IMG/VR virus record: IMGVR_UViG_3300022539_000562
From: a virus
Direction: 5' to 3' (one strand)
Length of the DNA stretch: 33,198 nt
Shown here: one piece after another, positions 1-9,925 of the stretch
How positions within the stretch are numbered: the first letter of the stretch is position 1
Layout: every line of letters starts with the position of its first letter
Notes under the pieces: generated by a model
Database searches by the model: none
The model's input: the letters and a program-made list of their open reading frames with translations, nothing else
What the model was told of the DNA's origin: nothing
Position numbers and translations under genes: made by a program

Positions 1-16
1 TTTATTTTTCTCCTTT

Positions 17-280
17 TTAATTTTTACCTCTTTCTTTTTTAGAATACCTTTTGTAATATATATTATTAAAATAATCTTTTATTGCCCCCAATTGTCTATC
101 TATAAAAGTTAAACTTCCTTTTATATTTATTAATTCTTGTTCTTCTATCCAATTCTGATTTTTAATTGCGTTCCTTTTTAATTCTGTAATTCGTTTATTT
201 GTCATTCCTTGTTTTATCTGCATATTACATAAATTATTTACTATAATAGCAACCATTAATTCTATTTCTTTTTTAGTCAT
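17..280 (-). CDS. hypothetical protein
   Basis: 87-aa ORF overlapping the stop of the upstream gene, GAGG SD; no recognisable motif. Confidence 0.7.
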   Translation of the reverse strand: MTKKEIELMVAIIVNNLCNMQIKQGMTNKRITELKRNAIKNQNWIEEQELINIKGSLTFIDRQLGAIKDYFNNIYYKRYSKKERGKN

Positions 281-645
281 TTTATATCTACCTCTTTTAT
301 TTTATCTACTTTTTTAACAAATTTATCACTTACTTCTTTTGTATATTTATATGCTTCTTTATCAGTTTCAAATTTTATTTTTCTATGTGTGAATTTTCTC
401 ATTTCCTTTAAAAATTCTCTACCTACTAAATGAAGTCTGATTGCTTTTACTATTCCAAATCTTGATATTAATTTAAAAAAAGATTTTATTTCTCTCCACA
501 TCATTATCATTCTAAATACAAATATATTTTTCTCTTCTATATTATCTATTTTTTTCATTTTTCTATGATGAGAATAAAGTTTCAATCCCTTTATTATTCC
601 ATATTTTTTTATTAAATTAAGCAAAACTCTTGTATATATTTTCAT
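277..645 (-). CDS. basic hypothetical protein with internal duplication
   Basis: AGGTGA SD; LIKKYGIIKGLKLY resembles LISRFGIVKAIRLH. Confidence 0.7.
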   Translation of the reverse strand: MKIYTRVLLNLIKKYGIIKGLKLYSHHRKMKKIDNIEEKNIFVFRMIMMWREIKSFFKLISRFGIVKAIRLHLVGREFLKEMRKFTHRKIKFETDKEAYKYTKEVSDKFVKKVDKIKEVDIK

Positions 646-848
646 ATACTCACCTTTTTTTACTATTATAATATAGTATAATTATATTAAGATATAATAA
701 TATATATACTTATATTATAATATATTTTTATCCTTTTTCTTTTTAGATATTTTAAAAGATTTTATAATTAATACTAACCATCCTATGAATACTAATATGC
801 TAATTAATATACTAAAAAATAAAAAAGATAATTGTAATATACCTATTG

Positions 849-1406
849 TTATGGGCAATATTTTTCACCTCTTTCCATTTTTAAAAGTTGAATTATTAAA
901 TCAGGATGTTCTGTGGTATTTAAGTAGTAGTGTACTTGAAAATATTTTTCTAAAATCTCAACAGTCTCTCTATTTAATGATTCTGGTATTGTTTGCATTT
1001 TTCCTCTACCTTTTGATGTTATCATTTGTATATAAATATTTTTTCCCCTAAATAATTTTATTGCTAAATCTTTTTCAAAATCGTGTATTGATTTATTCAT
1101 AGAATATCTAACTATATTTATTTTTTCAGGTTTTAATAAAATGAATTCTATAAAATTTTTTATTCGTTGTTTTTGATTTTCACCAGATATTTGGGCTACA
1201 TCAAATATATTTTCAACTGAAATAAATAAATAATGAGTATTTGATTTTTCATGTTTAAAAATATATATTATATCATTTTCAAATGATGTCATGAGTTCTT
1301 GATAATGTTGCTTGTGCATATCCCAAAATGCTTCAATAAACTTTAATTCATATGGTATATCTTTAAATTTTACATAGTCAAATAAACTTTTAAATGTCAA
1401 TGCCAT
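849..1406 (-). CDS. hypothetical protein
   Basis: 185-aa ORF with AAGGA SD, packed in the minus-strand operon. Confidence 0.75.
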   Translation of the reverse strand: MALTFKSLFDYVKFKDIPYELKFIEAFWDMHKQHYQELMTSFENDIIYIFKHEKSNTHYLFISVENIFDVAQISGENQKQRIKNFIEFILLKPEKINIVRYSMNKSIHDFEKDLAIKLFRGKNIYIQMITSKGRGKMQTIPESLNRETVEILEKYFQVHYYLNTTEHPDLIIQLLKMERGEKYCP

Positions 1407-1648
1407 TTTCCTTTCTCATCTTTTAATAAAAAACCTATATTTTGTGTTTTAAATATTTCTTCTAAAATTATTTCTAATTTTCTCAATTTTGTTGAATCTT
1501 TTTCTTGCCCAAAATATACATGAACATAATAATCATATTTGTTATTTATGTTATCCTTTTTATTAATTATTGTTCTGCTTATAGGCAAATAAAATGATAT
1601 TATTTTTAATATATTATTTATATATTCTTTAATATTTTTTTCATCCAT
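1397..1648 (-). CDS. hypothetical protein, probable paralog of 10801..11055
   Basis: YDYYVHVYF...LEIILEEIFKTQNIGFLL versus FDYYIYLYF...FEMFLQDLFFKNERVAFMI. Confidence 0.65.
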   Translation of the reverse strand: MDEKNIKEYINNILKIISFYLPISRTIINKKDNINNKYDYYVHVYFGQEKDSTKLRKLEIILEEIFKTQNIGFLLKDEKGKWH

Positions 1649-2135
1649 TTTTATTTTTTAAATTAAAATATTTTTTTATAGTGCTAATACTGTAAAAATC
1701 TGAATCAGTTATTTTGAGACCAATCCAACTGTAAAATCCTTTTTTTCCTGTATCAAAGTAAGTATAAGTCAATGATTGTAATAAGTCAAATTTTTCTGTA
1801 TTTATTTCGTTGTAATTACCTTGAAATTTTTTACTACATATTTGTGTAAATTGGGATTTTTTATTTTTAACTATTTCTATAAATAATGGATTAGATTGTT
1901 TAGAATGTAAAGGATGAAAACATGTACACATTCTTATTGTATCTATTTCTATAAATCTAGGAGGACACTTTGGATATTCACCATCAATACCATTGTATAT
2001 ATCAACATAATTATCTGTTAGAATATTTCCATATTCTACAATACAAAAACGTGTTTCATCTTTATATTTAAAAATATAAAAACTACGTTTTGTATTTGGT
2101 TTTATGTATCCTTTATAAAAATATACATCCTTCAT
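1641..2135 (-). CDS. hypothetical protein, paralog family A
   Basis: N-terminal YFYKGYIKP...YIFK shared with the two neighbouring genes. Confidence 0.75.
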   Translation of the reverse strand: MKDVYFYKGYIKPNTKRSFYIFKYKDETRFCIVEYGNILTDNYVDIYNGIDGEYPKCPPRFIEIDTIRMCTCFHPLHSKQSNPLFIEIVKNKKSQFTQICSKKFQGNYNEINTEKFDLLQSLTYTYFDTGKKGFYSWIGLKITDSDFYSISTIKKYFNLKNKNG

Positions 2136-2136
2136 A

Positions 2137-2604
2137 TTATTTCTCAGATTTGAAATTAAAAAGGTCTTTTAAATCATCTAAAATATATTTTGTTTTGCCA
2201 AATATACTAAACAAATGGTAAAAAATTTTTCGTAGTTTATAAACTTTTTCTTTATTTATTTTTTTATATTTTTCACAGAATTGTTTGCTATACATTTGTA
2301 GAAAATATGTTTTATCAGATGTTTCTATTATTTCTATCATAAATTTTACATTTGAAAAAATACTATTAAATGCATAAAAATCAATTCTTTTAATTTCTAC
2401 AAGATTAGGATGTTCATTTGCTGTAATGTGTCCTAACCACGAATCTATATACATTTCATCCATTGCTTTTACATCAGTCAATTTATATTGTTTATCTCTA
2501 TATTCAGCAACTAATAAATATGCTTTGTTTGTATGTTTAAAAATATAACAGTTATAATTTTCATTTGGTGCTATATATCCTTTATAAAAATACAAATTTT
2601 TCAT
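2137..2604 (-). CDS. hypothetical protein, paralog family A
   Basis: YFYKGYIAP...YIFK. Confidence 0.75.
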   Translation of the reverse strand: MKNLYFYKGYIAPNENYNCYIFKHTNKAYLLVAEYRDKQYKLTDVKAMDEMYIDSWLGHITANEHPNLVEIKRIDFYAFNSIFSNVKFMIEIIETSDKTYFLQMYSKQFCEKYKKINKEKVYKLRKIFYHLFSIFGKTKYILDDLKDLFNFKSEK

Positions 2605-3107
2605 AATGAATCCTTTTTGTCTAATATTCTTCTTATAAAAAAACTATCAATTTTGTGTGGATATTTACTATCATTCATAGTAAGATATGTTTTGAAATTA
2701 ATTATCAAATCATGATGTTGTTTAGAAGTAATTTTTTTAATTCCATTTATTATTTTATTACGACTATATACTGTTGCATATAAATTGTTCTTTTCTGTTA
2801 TTAAGGTTTCTATTATAATACTTTTTATATCCACAATACTTAATTCAGAATTTGCCAACATAAAAGAACATTTTTTTATATACATAAAATTTGTATCGTG
2901 TTTACACTTTGCTTCAAAAAATGCTTCAGAATACTTACTATTTTTTAGTTCATAAAATATAAGTAATTTATTTTCATATAACTCAAATATATATTTATTT
3001 TTTTTACCACTTCTAAATACATAATATATTAAATTATGTTTTGGAGAAATATATCCTCTATCAAAATATAATCCTTGTGGCAAATCATATAAAGTAATTT
3101 CTTTCAT
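2601..3107 (-). CDS. hypothetical protein, paralog family A
   Basis: YFDRGYISP...YVFR; ATGA overlap with neighbours. Confidence 0.75.
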   Translation of the reverse strand: MKEITLYDLPQGLYFDRGYISPKHNLIYYVFRSGKKNKYIFELYENKLLIFYELKNSKYSEAFFEAKCKHDTNFMYIKKCSFMLANSELSIVDIKSIIIETLITEKNNLYATVYSRNKIINGIKKITSKQHHDLIINFKTYLTMNDSKYPHKIDSFFIRRILDKKDSL

Positions 3108-3580
3108 ATTTTTTCTACAATCTTTTTAATATTTGATACTTTAGCAGTATATATATTATTAAATACATGTTGTCTACCAGTATCTATTAATAATTTGATT
3201 AAATCATTATGTTTTTTACTACCATTAAGTTTTGTTATTGTTTTTGTTGTTTTTGTTTTATTATTTTTTGTAATTGCTTGTATGTATGTTTGTCCATTTG
3301 ATTCGTCTATAAATACTCTAACTTTTATATAATTTTTTTTAATATTACCTAATATAAAAACATTTGTCATTGTAGATATTAAGTATCCTTTTTTAATTAA
3401 AGAATTAGATTTGTTTTCATAATATTTTGAAGTACGCAATGTGTTTTTAAAATTTGATTCATCTTCCATTTCTAAACCTATATAGAATTCATTAGAATAT
3501 TCTATATATTGGAGTTCATCTAAAAATATTATTGTTAATAATGTTGTTCTTGGTTTAAAATATATTTTACAACTAAACAT
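3104..3580 (-). CDS. hypothetical protein (possible distant family A member)
   Basis: Similar size; KKHNDLI resembles KQHHDLI of 2601..3107; abuts the VWA gene. Confidence 0.65.
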   Translation of the reverse strand: MFSCKIYFKPRTTLLTIIFLDELQYIEYSNEFYIGLEMEDESNFKNTLRTSKYYENKSNSLIKKGYLISTMTNVFILGNIKKNYIKVRVFIDESNGQTYIQAITKNNKTKTTKTITKLNGSKKHNDLIKLLIDTGRQHVFNNIYTAKVSNIKKIVEKI

Positions 3581-5269
3581 TTATTTTCTAATCCTAAATA
3601 CTTTTTTAAATAAATTAATTAATGCTTGTCCTAATTCATTTATTTTCCTAATTAGAGTAAAATTCTGTCCAAAACTTTCTTTTAATGTATCTACATTTGT
3701 ATCATCTCCTACACCAATTGCTGTATATAGAATTTTAGGGTATTTGTGAATATATTCTCTCATAGCAATTCTACCTGTATCTCCTGTATCGTTTTCGCCA
3801 TCTGTTATTAATACAAAAATTTTATCTTTTTCTGGTCTTTTTTCTAATAAATGACTTCCATAAACAAAAGCAGGATATGTAGGAGTACTACCATGTGAAG
3901 TTATACTAACAATTTGTTTTTTAACTTTTGGAGATAACAATTCATGAAATTTTTTAATTGGTATAATAATACAAATGCCTCCCATATCATAGTATCCTAT
4001 AATATTAAATTTAATTTTTAGATTTTCTAATAATTTCCCAAACAGTATCATAGTATGTCGTTCAGTTTCTAATTTATCTTGTGTAATACTACCTGATAAA
4101 TCTATTAAAAAAGACCATACCATATTATATTTTTTCGGTTCTAATCTTCTTTCAAAAATTCTGTCGTGTTCCAAACTTCCTGTTATCCATCTACCAACTA
4201 CTCTTATATTTATTCTACTGCCACTCCTTTGATTATTTTCAAATGTATCTCTTTTACTTTTTTGTAGAAGTTGTTTTAAGATAGTCAATAATTTAATATA
4301 ATTACCACCCATTTTCTTTTCATATTGTTGATAATTATCAATATCTGATGATGGTCGAATTATTTGATATTCCAATTCTTCTATTTCTTTTGGAGATTTT
4401 CTTATGGTTATAGAATAATATTCATCATATTTTTGTTGACTGTAATTATCTTTTTGGGCAATATTGCCTTTTTTAATTTCTTTTAAAATAGCAGGTAATA
4501 AAATTTCTGTTAGAACTTTCATTACTTCTTCATCCATTTCAAAAGTGCCTTGACTACCCTTTTTACCTTTCCCTTTCCCTTGACCACTACCTTTTCTTTT
4601 TAATTCACTTTGGAAATAACCTTCTTTTTCAAGTGTTTTAAAGAATGGAAAAGATTTATCAACTAAATCAATTATACTATTTAATTTCGCAAACTTTTCT
4701 ATTTTATTTTTATATTTTCTTAAAGTCTTAATAACTCTTTTGCTATAATTTGGAAGTATAATACCATAAGGAAGAGAATACATACCTAATGCCAAATCAA
4801 GGTCATCTTTAAATTGTTGTTTTTTCTTTGGTAATTTTTTGTGAACTTTTTTTCTAATTGTTTTTACTACTTCTAAAATATTGCCTTGTATATAAGGCAC
4901 AGTTCCTATATATGTGTTAGTTAGTATTCGTTCTACTCGTACATCTTCTATTGGATTAATAAAGAAAGGAAACCATGGATTTTTTTCAAGATTTTCCATA
5001 TATTCAAATATAGTTTTATCTCCTACATGCATTTGAGTTAATAAAGCATGAGCACATTCATGAAGTAAAAATCCTTTTATATCCTTTATTTTTCCACTCA
5101 TTAATCTGTCTAATGGCAAATAAATATTTTTACCATCATATGCTGGTGTACCAAATTTAATACGGATTTCACTTTCAGAAAAGATACTTGCAAAATTTTC
5201 AATTATTGGAAGTATTTTCTTTAATTTTTTTATATCTTGTTTATTCACTTTCCATAAACTCCCTACCAT
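3581..5269 (-). CDS. VWA-domain protein with N-terminal HExxH domain (CobT/NorD/CbbO-like MoxR partner)
   Basis: LHECAH plus IEDVRVE; G/K-rich linker; MIDAS elements IDLSGS, GSTPT and ITDG; overlaps the AAA+ gene. Confidence 0.9.
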   Translation of the reverse strand: MVGSLWKVNKQDIKKLKKILPIIENFASIFSESEIRIKFGTPAYDGKNIYLPLDRLMSGKIKDIKGFLLHECAHALLTQMHVGDKTIFEYMENLEKNPWFPFFINPIEDVRVERILTNTYIGTVPYIQGNILEVVKTIRKKVHKKLPKKKQQFKDDLDLALGMYSLPYGIILPNYSKRVIKTLRKYKNKIEKFAKLNSIIDLVDKSFPFFKTLEKEGYFQSELKRKGSGQGKGKGKKGSQGTFEMDEEVMKVLTEILLPAILKEIKKGNIAQKDNYSQQKYDEYYSITIRKSPKEIEELEYQIIRPSSDIDNYQQYEKKMGGNYIKLLTILKQLLQKSKRDTFENNQRSGSRINIRVVGRWITGSLEHDRIFERRLEPKKYNMVWSFLIDLSGSITQDKLETERHTMILFGKLLENLKIKFNIIGYYDMGGICIIIPIKKFHELLSPKVKKQIVSITSHGSTPTYPAFVYGSHLLEKRPEKDKIFVLITDGENDTGDTGRIAMREYIHKYPKILYTAIGVGDDTNVDTLKESFGQNFTLIRKINELGQALINLFKKVFRIRK

Positions 5270-6344
5270 AAACTGCTTCTAATATCTCATAAGCAGTAAC
5301 TTTACTTTCTTTACTTAATTTATCTAATATACTTAATTCTAATGCAGATTTTAATCCTACATCCAATAAATTAAGTACATTTAGTAAACTACGTGTCCCT
5401 ATTACTAAATTGATTTTACCTTCCCCAAGAGCATATCTCATCTTTTGGGCAAATAATATTAATCTTTCTATTAATGCCTTTTTTATTTTTGGAAAATGAG
5501 TTTTTAATATTTTGTATTCTTCTTTTTTGTCTGGAAAACCCATTTTAATCCAAACTAATCTGCTTTTATCTGCCTGATTTAACATTTCAATTCCACCATA
5601 AAGATGAGTATGTTCTGCAGGATTCATAGTTGCAAATATTAATATATTGTTTGGCAGTATTAATACTTCATGATTTTCATCATCTAATTGGAGATTCTTT
5701 CTTTTATCAAAAAGACTTCTTGTACTTAATTGGATAGATTTGCTCGCGGCATTCCATTCGTCTAAACAAAATACAAAATAACTATTTGGATATTTTTTTG
5801 CTTGTCGTATATAGTGTGGTAGAATACCATCCCACCATACCAATTTTCCATCAAGTGGTTGTGGATAACCTAAAATACTATCAGGTATTCTTGCTCCATT
5901 AAATTGTACAAATATAAATGGAGCATTTAAGAGTTGTGCTATGTGTCTAACCATTTCAGTTTTTCCTATACCAGTATGTCCTTCGAGAGCAATTGATTTA
6001 TTTTTCACAATAGCCATCCAAACTTTTTTCATTCTTTTTTTATTCTCTATATATACAATATCTTTTGGAACTAAATGTTCAAATTCTTTTGGTACTTTTC
6101 CTATAGAAATTTTATGTTTTCCAATTGTAATATATTTATCTGTTTTTGTATATTTTATTTTTTTCTTAATTACCTTTTTTTCAGGTTCTGTAAATTGTTC
6201 TGCTCCACTTTCAAAACCTTCACACCCATTCAAGATTCCTTGCAATTTACCATGATTTTCGGAGATAGGAATCTCATATTGCTTACAGTATTTTTGTTTT
6301 CTATCATAATTTTTACACTTTAAGCAAAGATTTTCTTCTCCCAT
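5241..6344 (-). CDS. MoxR-family (CbbQ/NorQ/CobS-like) AAA+ ATPase
   Basis: Walker A LEGHTGIGKT, Walker B FCLDEWN, sensor ATMNP, GTRSL; Cys-rich N-terminus (CLKC...C...C). Confidence 0.92.
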   Translation of the reverse strand: MGEENLCLKCKNYDRKQKYCKQYEIPISENHGKLQGILNGCEGFESGAEQFTEPEKKVIKKKIKYTKTDKYITIGKHKISIGKVPKEFEHLVPKDIVYIENKKRMKKVWMAIVKNKSIALEGHTGIGKTEMVRHIAQLLNAPFIFVQFNGARIPDSILGYPQPLDGKLVWWDGILPHYIRQAKKYPNSYFVFCLDEWNAASKSIQLSTRSLFDKRKNLQLDDENHEVLILPNNILIFATMNPAEHTHLYGGIEMLNQADKSRLVWIKMGFPDKKEEYKILKTHFPKIKKALIERLILFAQKMRYALGEGKINLVIGTRSLLNVLNLLDVGLKSALELSILDKLSKESKVTAYEILEAVYGREFMESE

Positions 6345-6363
6345 AATTTACTCCTTTTAATTT

Positions 6364-6492
6364 TTATAATTTTCCTTTAATAATATCTATTACTACTTTG
6401 CCTATAAATAATACAGACAATGTCATAAGTATTGCAAGAATAAATAAAAAATATATTACAAAAATTGCATAAATACTTAATATTATTTTCAT
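6364..6492 (-). CDS. small membrane protein (not in ORF track)
   Basis: Manual translation MKIILSIYAIFVIYFLFILAILMTLSVLFIGKVVIDIIKGKL; AAGGAG SD directly after a promoter. Confidence 0.6.
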   Translation of the reverse strand: MKIILSIYAIFVIYFLFILAILMTLSVLFIGKVVIDIIKGKL

Positions 6493-6509
6493 TTTTCTCC
6501 TTCAATATA

Positions 6510-6538
6510 ATTATACTACATATTTATATAAAAGTAAA
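6510..6538 (-). promoter_or_regulatory. sigma70/sigmaA-type promoter
   Basis: TTTACT-17 nt-TATAAT followed by TATATTGAAGGAG. Confidence 0.75.
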
Positions 6539-6540
6539 AT

Positions 6541-6723
6541 TTATTTTTTTAAATATTGTATAATTTCTGTAATTGTAGAAGTAAGATAACCAATTGCTAT
6601 TCCTATTAATACTAATTCAAAAAAAGGTACATTTATAAGAATATTTTTTCTAATCACAGTGTATAAAATAATTATAGTAATTGTTAAGATTATGTCAAAA
6701 AATTTCATTTTATAACCTTTCAT
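6541..6723 (-). CDS. small two-TM membrane protein
   Basis: Two hydrophobic stretches, AAGGAG SD. Confidence 0.65.
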   Translation of the reverse strand: MKGYKMKFFDIILTITIIILYTVIRKNILINVPFFELVLIGIAIGYLTSTITEIIQYLKK

Positions 6724-6919
6724 TTATTTCTCCTTTTTATTAATTATTTTTTTTACTTAATTTCTTTTTAATTAGTGCAATTATAAATATAGGGATAATA
6801 CAAATAAAAAATATACTTGCTATTACAAAAAAGACCAATGTTACAGGAAATAAAAGTATTTGTAATAGTACTTTTTCTGTTTTACTTAATTTTTCCATTC
6901 CTTGTATTTCTATACTCAT

Positions 6920-7282
6920 TTATCCTCCTTTATTAAAATCTTTATCTAAAAAATAACAAATAGTTTTTTTATCCATTTTGTAATCCTTACTAAAAACTGT
7001 TCTTAATTTATCTGTATAATCTATTTGTTTTTCATTTTTTGGGTTGTATATAAAATCTACAAATATATTATTTTTATTTTTAATTCCTACCCAAATTAAA
7101 TCCTTTCGATTAGCATATAAATAAGTATCAAATGCATATTTATTTACATCATATGTATTTGCTGGTTCTGTAGTCTTTATATCAAGTTTAAAAATATATC
7201 TATCTTTGTATTCTACAAATATTGTATAAAAATTTCTTTTAGAAGTGTGATTTTGTCCAAAATGAAATACATATATTGTCAT
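6920..7282 (-). CDS. hypothetical protein
   Basis: 120-aa ORF coupled to the upstream stop. Confidence 0.7.
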   Translation of the reverse strand: MTIYVFHFGQNHTSKRNFYTIFVEYKDRYIFKLDIKTTEPANTYDVNKYAFDTYLYANRKDLIWVGIKNKNNIFVDFIYNPKNEKQIDYTDKLRTVFSKDYKMDKKTICYFLDKDFNKGG

Positions 7283-7755
7283 TATAAATCCTTTAACATT
7301 GAAAATAAATTAAAATCACGAATATATTGTGAAGTTTTTATATTTTTAAAAATTGTATTGTTAAATTCTTTACTTATATTTAGCATATCTTTGGTTTCCA
7401 TATTAAAAACATCTTTAGATTTCATATTTTTTCCTGTTATTTCTTGAAAATAAATAACTCTTGTTCCTGTTGTATTTAATATTTGTCTATAATATTTGTT
7501 TCTAAAAGAAAATATTCTTCTTTTTTCACCTTGATAATTTAGCATAATTAAATTACTTGTTCGCATCCAATTATTATCCAATTGTGTTTTTATATATTGT
7601 GTAATTGGAATGACTGAATACCCAAACTGTAAACTCAAAGGTTGCATTTTATTTTTAGATTGGCTATATATTTCTAAAAAATCATTTTTCCAATCACAAT
7701 ATATTATTATTAAGTCTCCTGTTTTTTTATTTATAAATATTCTATTTATTATCAT
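7282..7755 (-). CDS. hypothetical protein, paralog family B
   Basis: IFINKKTGDLII ... YIKTQLDNNW ... RIFSFRNKYYRQ. Confidence 0.8.
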   Translation of the reverse strand: MIINRIFINKKTGDLIIIYCDWKNDFLEIYSQSKNKMQPLSLQFGYSVIPITQYIKTQLDNNWMRTSNLIMLNYQGEKRRIFSFRNKYYRQILNTTGTRVIYFQEITGKNMKSKDVFNMETKDMLNISKEFNNTIFKNIKTSQYIRDFNLFSMLKDL

Positions 7756-7756
7756 T

Positions 7757-8236
7757 TTATAAATCCCATAATATTTTTAATAAATCAGAATTGTAAGTAT
7801 GTCCTGCGGTTTGGACATTTATAATTTTATTTTTTCTATTTTGAATTTCATCCTCATAATCCACTTTTGAAATTCTTACAAACCAAATATCATTTGGATA
7901 TCTATGTAGTACTTGCTTGTAATATTTATCTTTAAAAGAAAATACTCTTATTTTATAATGTTCATGTTCGAATATAGTTAATTTACTTGCTTGTAGCCAA
8001 TTCTGGTCTAATTGTGCTTTTATATAATTTGTATAAAATACAAAAGTGTATCTTATATTATTATCTATTAGAACAATCTTTTTTTTATGTTGATTGAATA
8101 TGTGTGCTTCTCTTACAATTAAATTTTTCCAACCACCTTTTGAAAATCCACCTATAATATTTTGATTTTTATATTTGTAATATACTACAATTAAATTACC
8201 TGTTTTTTTATTTATAAATATTTTGCTTATATTCAT
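7757..8236 (-). CDS. hypothetical protein, paralog family B
   Basis: IFINKKTGNLIV ... YIKAQLDQNW ... RVFSFKDKYYKQ. Confidence 0.8.
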   Translation of the reverse strand: MNISKIFINKKTGNLIVVYYKYKNQNIIGGFSKGGWKNLIVREAHIFNQHKKKIVLIDNNIRYTFVFYTNYIKAQLDQNWLQASKLTIFEHEHYKIRVFSFKDKYYKQVLHRYPNDIWFVRISKVDYEDEIQNRKNKIINVQTAGHTYNSDLLKILWDL

Positions 8237-8245
8237 CTTCTTTTT

Positions 8246-8653
8246 TTAAAATAATTCTAAAAATCCTGATGTAGACCAAATATCCCATCTATTAGATATT
8301 CTATAATAATGATTATAATTTTTTTTGTTTAATTGATAATATAAATAATTATATTGCTTACCTGTAAGCGAAATTGTTTCAAGAGAATTTGATATACAAT
8401 CTAATTTTTGTACATAATATTTATTTCTAAAACTAAAAAGTCTAATTTTAAATGTTTTTTCTTTATCACTAAAAGTAGTTAAACAAGTTGCTGGAATATG
8501 AATATTGTAATTTAGTGCATCTATACTATCTAAATAAAAAAAGTGTTTTTCTTCAACATTGTATATTTGATAAGGTCGTGTAGAATTATTTATTTTGTAT
8601 ATAAAATAAATATTATTTCTTTTTTTATTTATAAGAATTTTATATAAATACAT
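8246..8653 (-). CDS. hypothetical protein, paralog family B
   Basis: ILINKKRNNIYF ... RLFSFRNKYYVQ. Confidence 0.8.
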   Translation of the reverse strand: MYLYKILINKKRNNIYFIYKINNSTRPYQIYNVEEKHFFYLDSIDALNYNIHIPATCLTTFSDKEKTFKIRLFSFRNKYYVQKLDCISNSLETISLTGKQYNYLYYQLNKKNYNHYYRISNRWDIWSTSGFLELF

Positions 8654-8660
8654 ATTTCTC

Positions 8661-9083
8661 CTAAAAATTTTTTAAAAAATCTTCTATATTATACATTGTT
8701 AATTTATCACCTTTTCGTATTTTAAATTTTATATAAGGTTGATGACCTTCAAGATACTTTTTATACTCATTGTATGAAATTAATGTAGTATTACTTTCAT
8801 TAGATTGTGTGTATTTTTTATTAACATAACATTGGTCAGTCATTGTTAGTATATATCTTTGTTTATGTGTATTGTGTATAATTGTGTGTATATCTTGTAT
8901 TTCCATTATTTTTTTATTTTTTTTGATTTGCTGTGCTTTAAAAAATTTCTTGTAATTACGGATTTCTGAATGAGCAACTAATCTAATTAATTGATTATCC
9001 TTGAAATAATGCAAACCATACTTATTTTCTATAATAAAATAAATATTGCTTTTTTTATCCATAAGAATATCATGTACTAACAT
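8661..9083 (-). CDS. hypothetical protein, probable family B
   Basis: ILMDKKSNIYFI N-terminus; NKKYTQ. Confidence 0.7.
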   Translation of the reverse strand: MLVHDILMDKKSNIYFIIENKYGLHYFKDNQLIRLVAHSEIRNYKKFFKAQQIKKNKKIMEIQDIHTIIHNTHKQRYILTMTDQCYVNKKYTQSNESNTTLISYNEYKKYLEGHQPYIKFKIRKGDKLTMYNIEDFLKNF

Positions 9084-9092
9084 TTTATTCCT

Positions 9093-9464
9093 TTATATTA
9101 TTTGTTTGCCATTTATAAATTTTATAAATTCTGATTGTCGTACAGTACCATTTGTATATTCTGTGTATTGATTTCTATATATAGGAACATAACCTTTTTG
9201 TAATTTTTCATATATTTTTTCTGATAGTATTTTGAAAACTTCATCTTTTTTTAAATCCATTTTCATTACAGTTCTTAATTTTTTAATATCTTTCATAATT
9301 TTGCTCCAGTAGAATAAAATATTATAATATGGTTCTCCCATATTATAATGCACTTGTACTTCAAATCCCCACATTTTGAAATGACCATCCCAAATATGAA
9401 AATAAAGTATTCTATTTAAACTCCAGTCTCTTTTTAATTTTATCTCTATATCTAATTTATTCAT
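9093..9464 (-). CDS. hypothetical protein, possible divergent WGR-like domain
   Basis: YNILFYWSKI ... EKLQKGY resembles the WGR pattern (WGRIG ... EKxKKGY), without the G and R. Confidence 0.45.
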   Translation of the reverse strand: MNKLDIEIKLKRDWSLNRILYFHIWDGHFKMWGFEVQVHYNMGEPYYNILFYWSKIMKDIKKLRTVMKMDLKKDEVFKILSEKIYEKLQKGYVPIYRNQYTEYTNGTVRQSEFIKFINGKQII

Positions 9465-9925
9465 CTCAAAAAATACTCCATAAATTTTTTACTTATTGCA
9501 ACTGTATCATTTTTTAAATTTAAAAATACTTCTTGTTTACTATAATCTGAGTTTTCTCGTACCTCTTTTATTATATTATCATATTCTTTTTTATTATAAT
9601 TATATTTTTTCTTTGTTTTCCCATCAATTGTAAAATAGTGTCCAAAATATTTTCCATTTTTTGTTTTAAAAACTCTTGCCATATTAATTGGTAGAATTTC
9701 ATGTTTCCATGTATACATTTCTGTTAATTCTAAATATTTTTTTATTTGATGTTTTACATAATGCAAAGTACTATTGATTTCTTCACTTAAAGTATGAATA
9801 CTATATTTTTTATCACCATTCGTTATACACAACTTATGTGTTTCTACATTGTATATTATACTCAGAAAATCATCTTTTTTTTCATTATAAAAAATGCTAA
9901 ATATAATATATGGGTGTTTTTTCAT
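9461..9925 (-). CDS. hypothetical protein, distant family B
   Basis: IFYNEKKDDFLSI ... RVFKTKNGKYF. Confidence 0.7.
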   Translation of the reverse strand: MKKHPYIIFSIFYNEKKDDFLSIIYNVETHKLCITNGDKKYSIHTLSEEINSTLHYVKHQIKKYLELTEMYTWKHEILPINMARVFKTKNGKYFGHYFTIDGKTKKKYNYNKKEYDNIIKEVRENSDYSKQEVFLNLKNDTVAISKKFMEYFLR

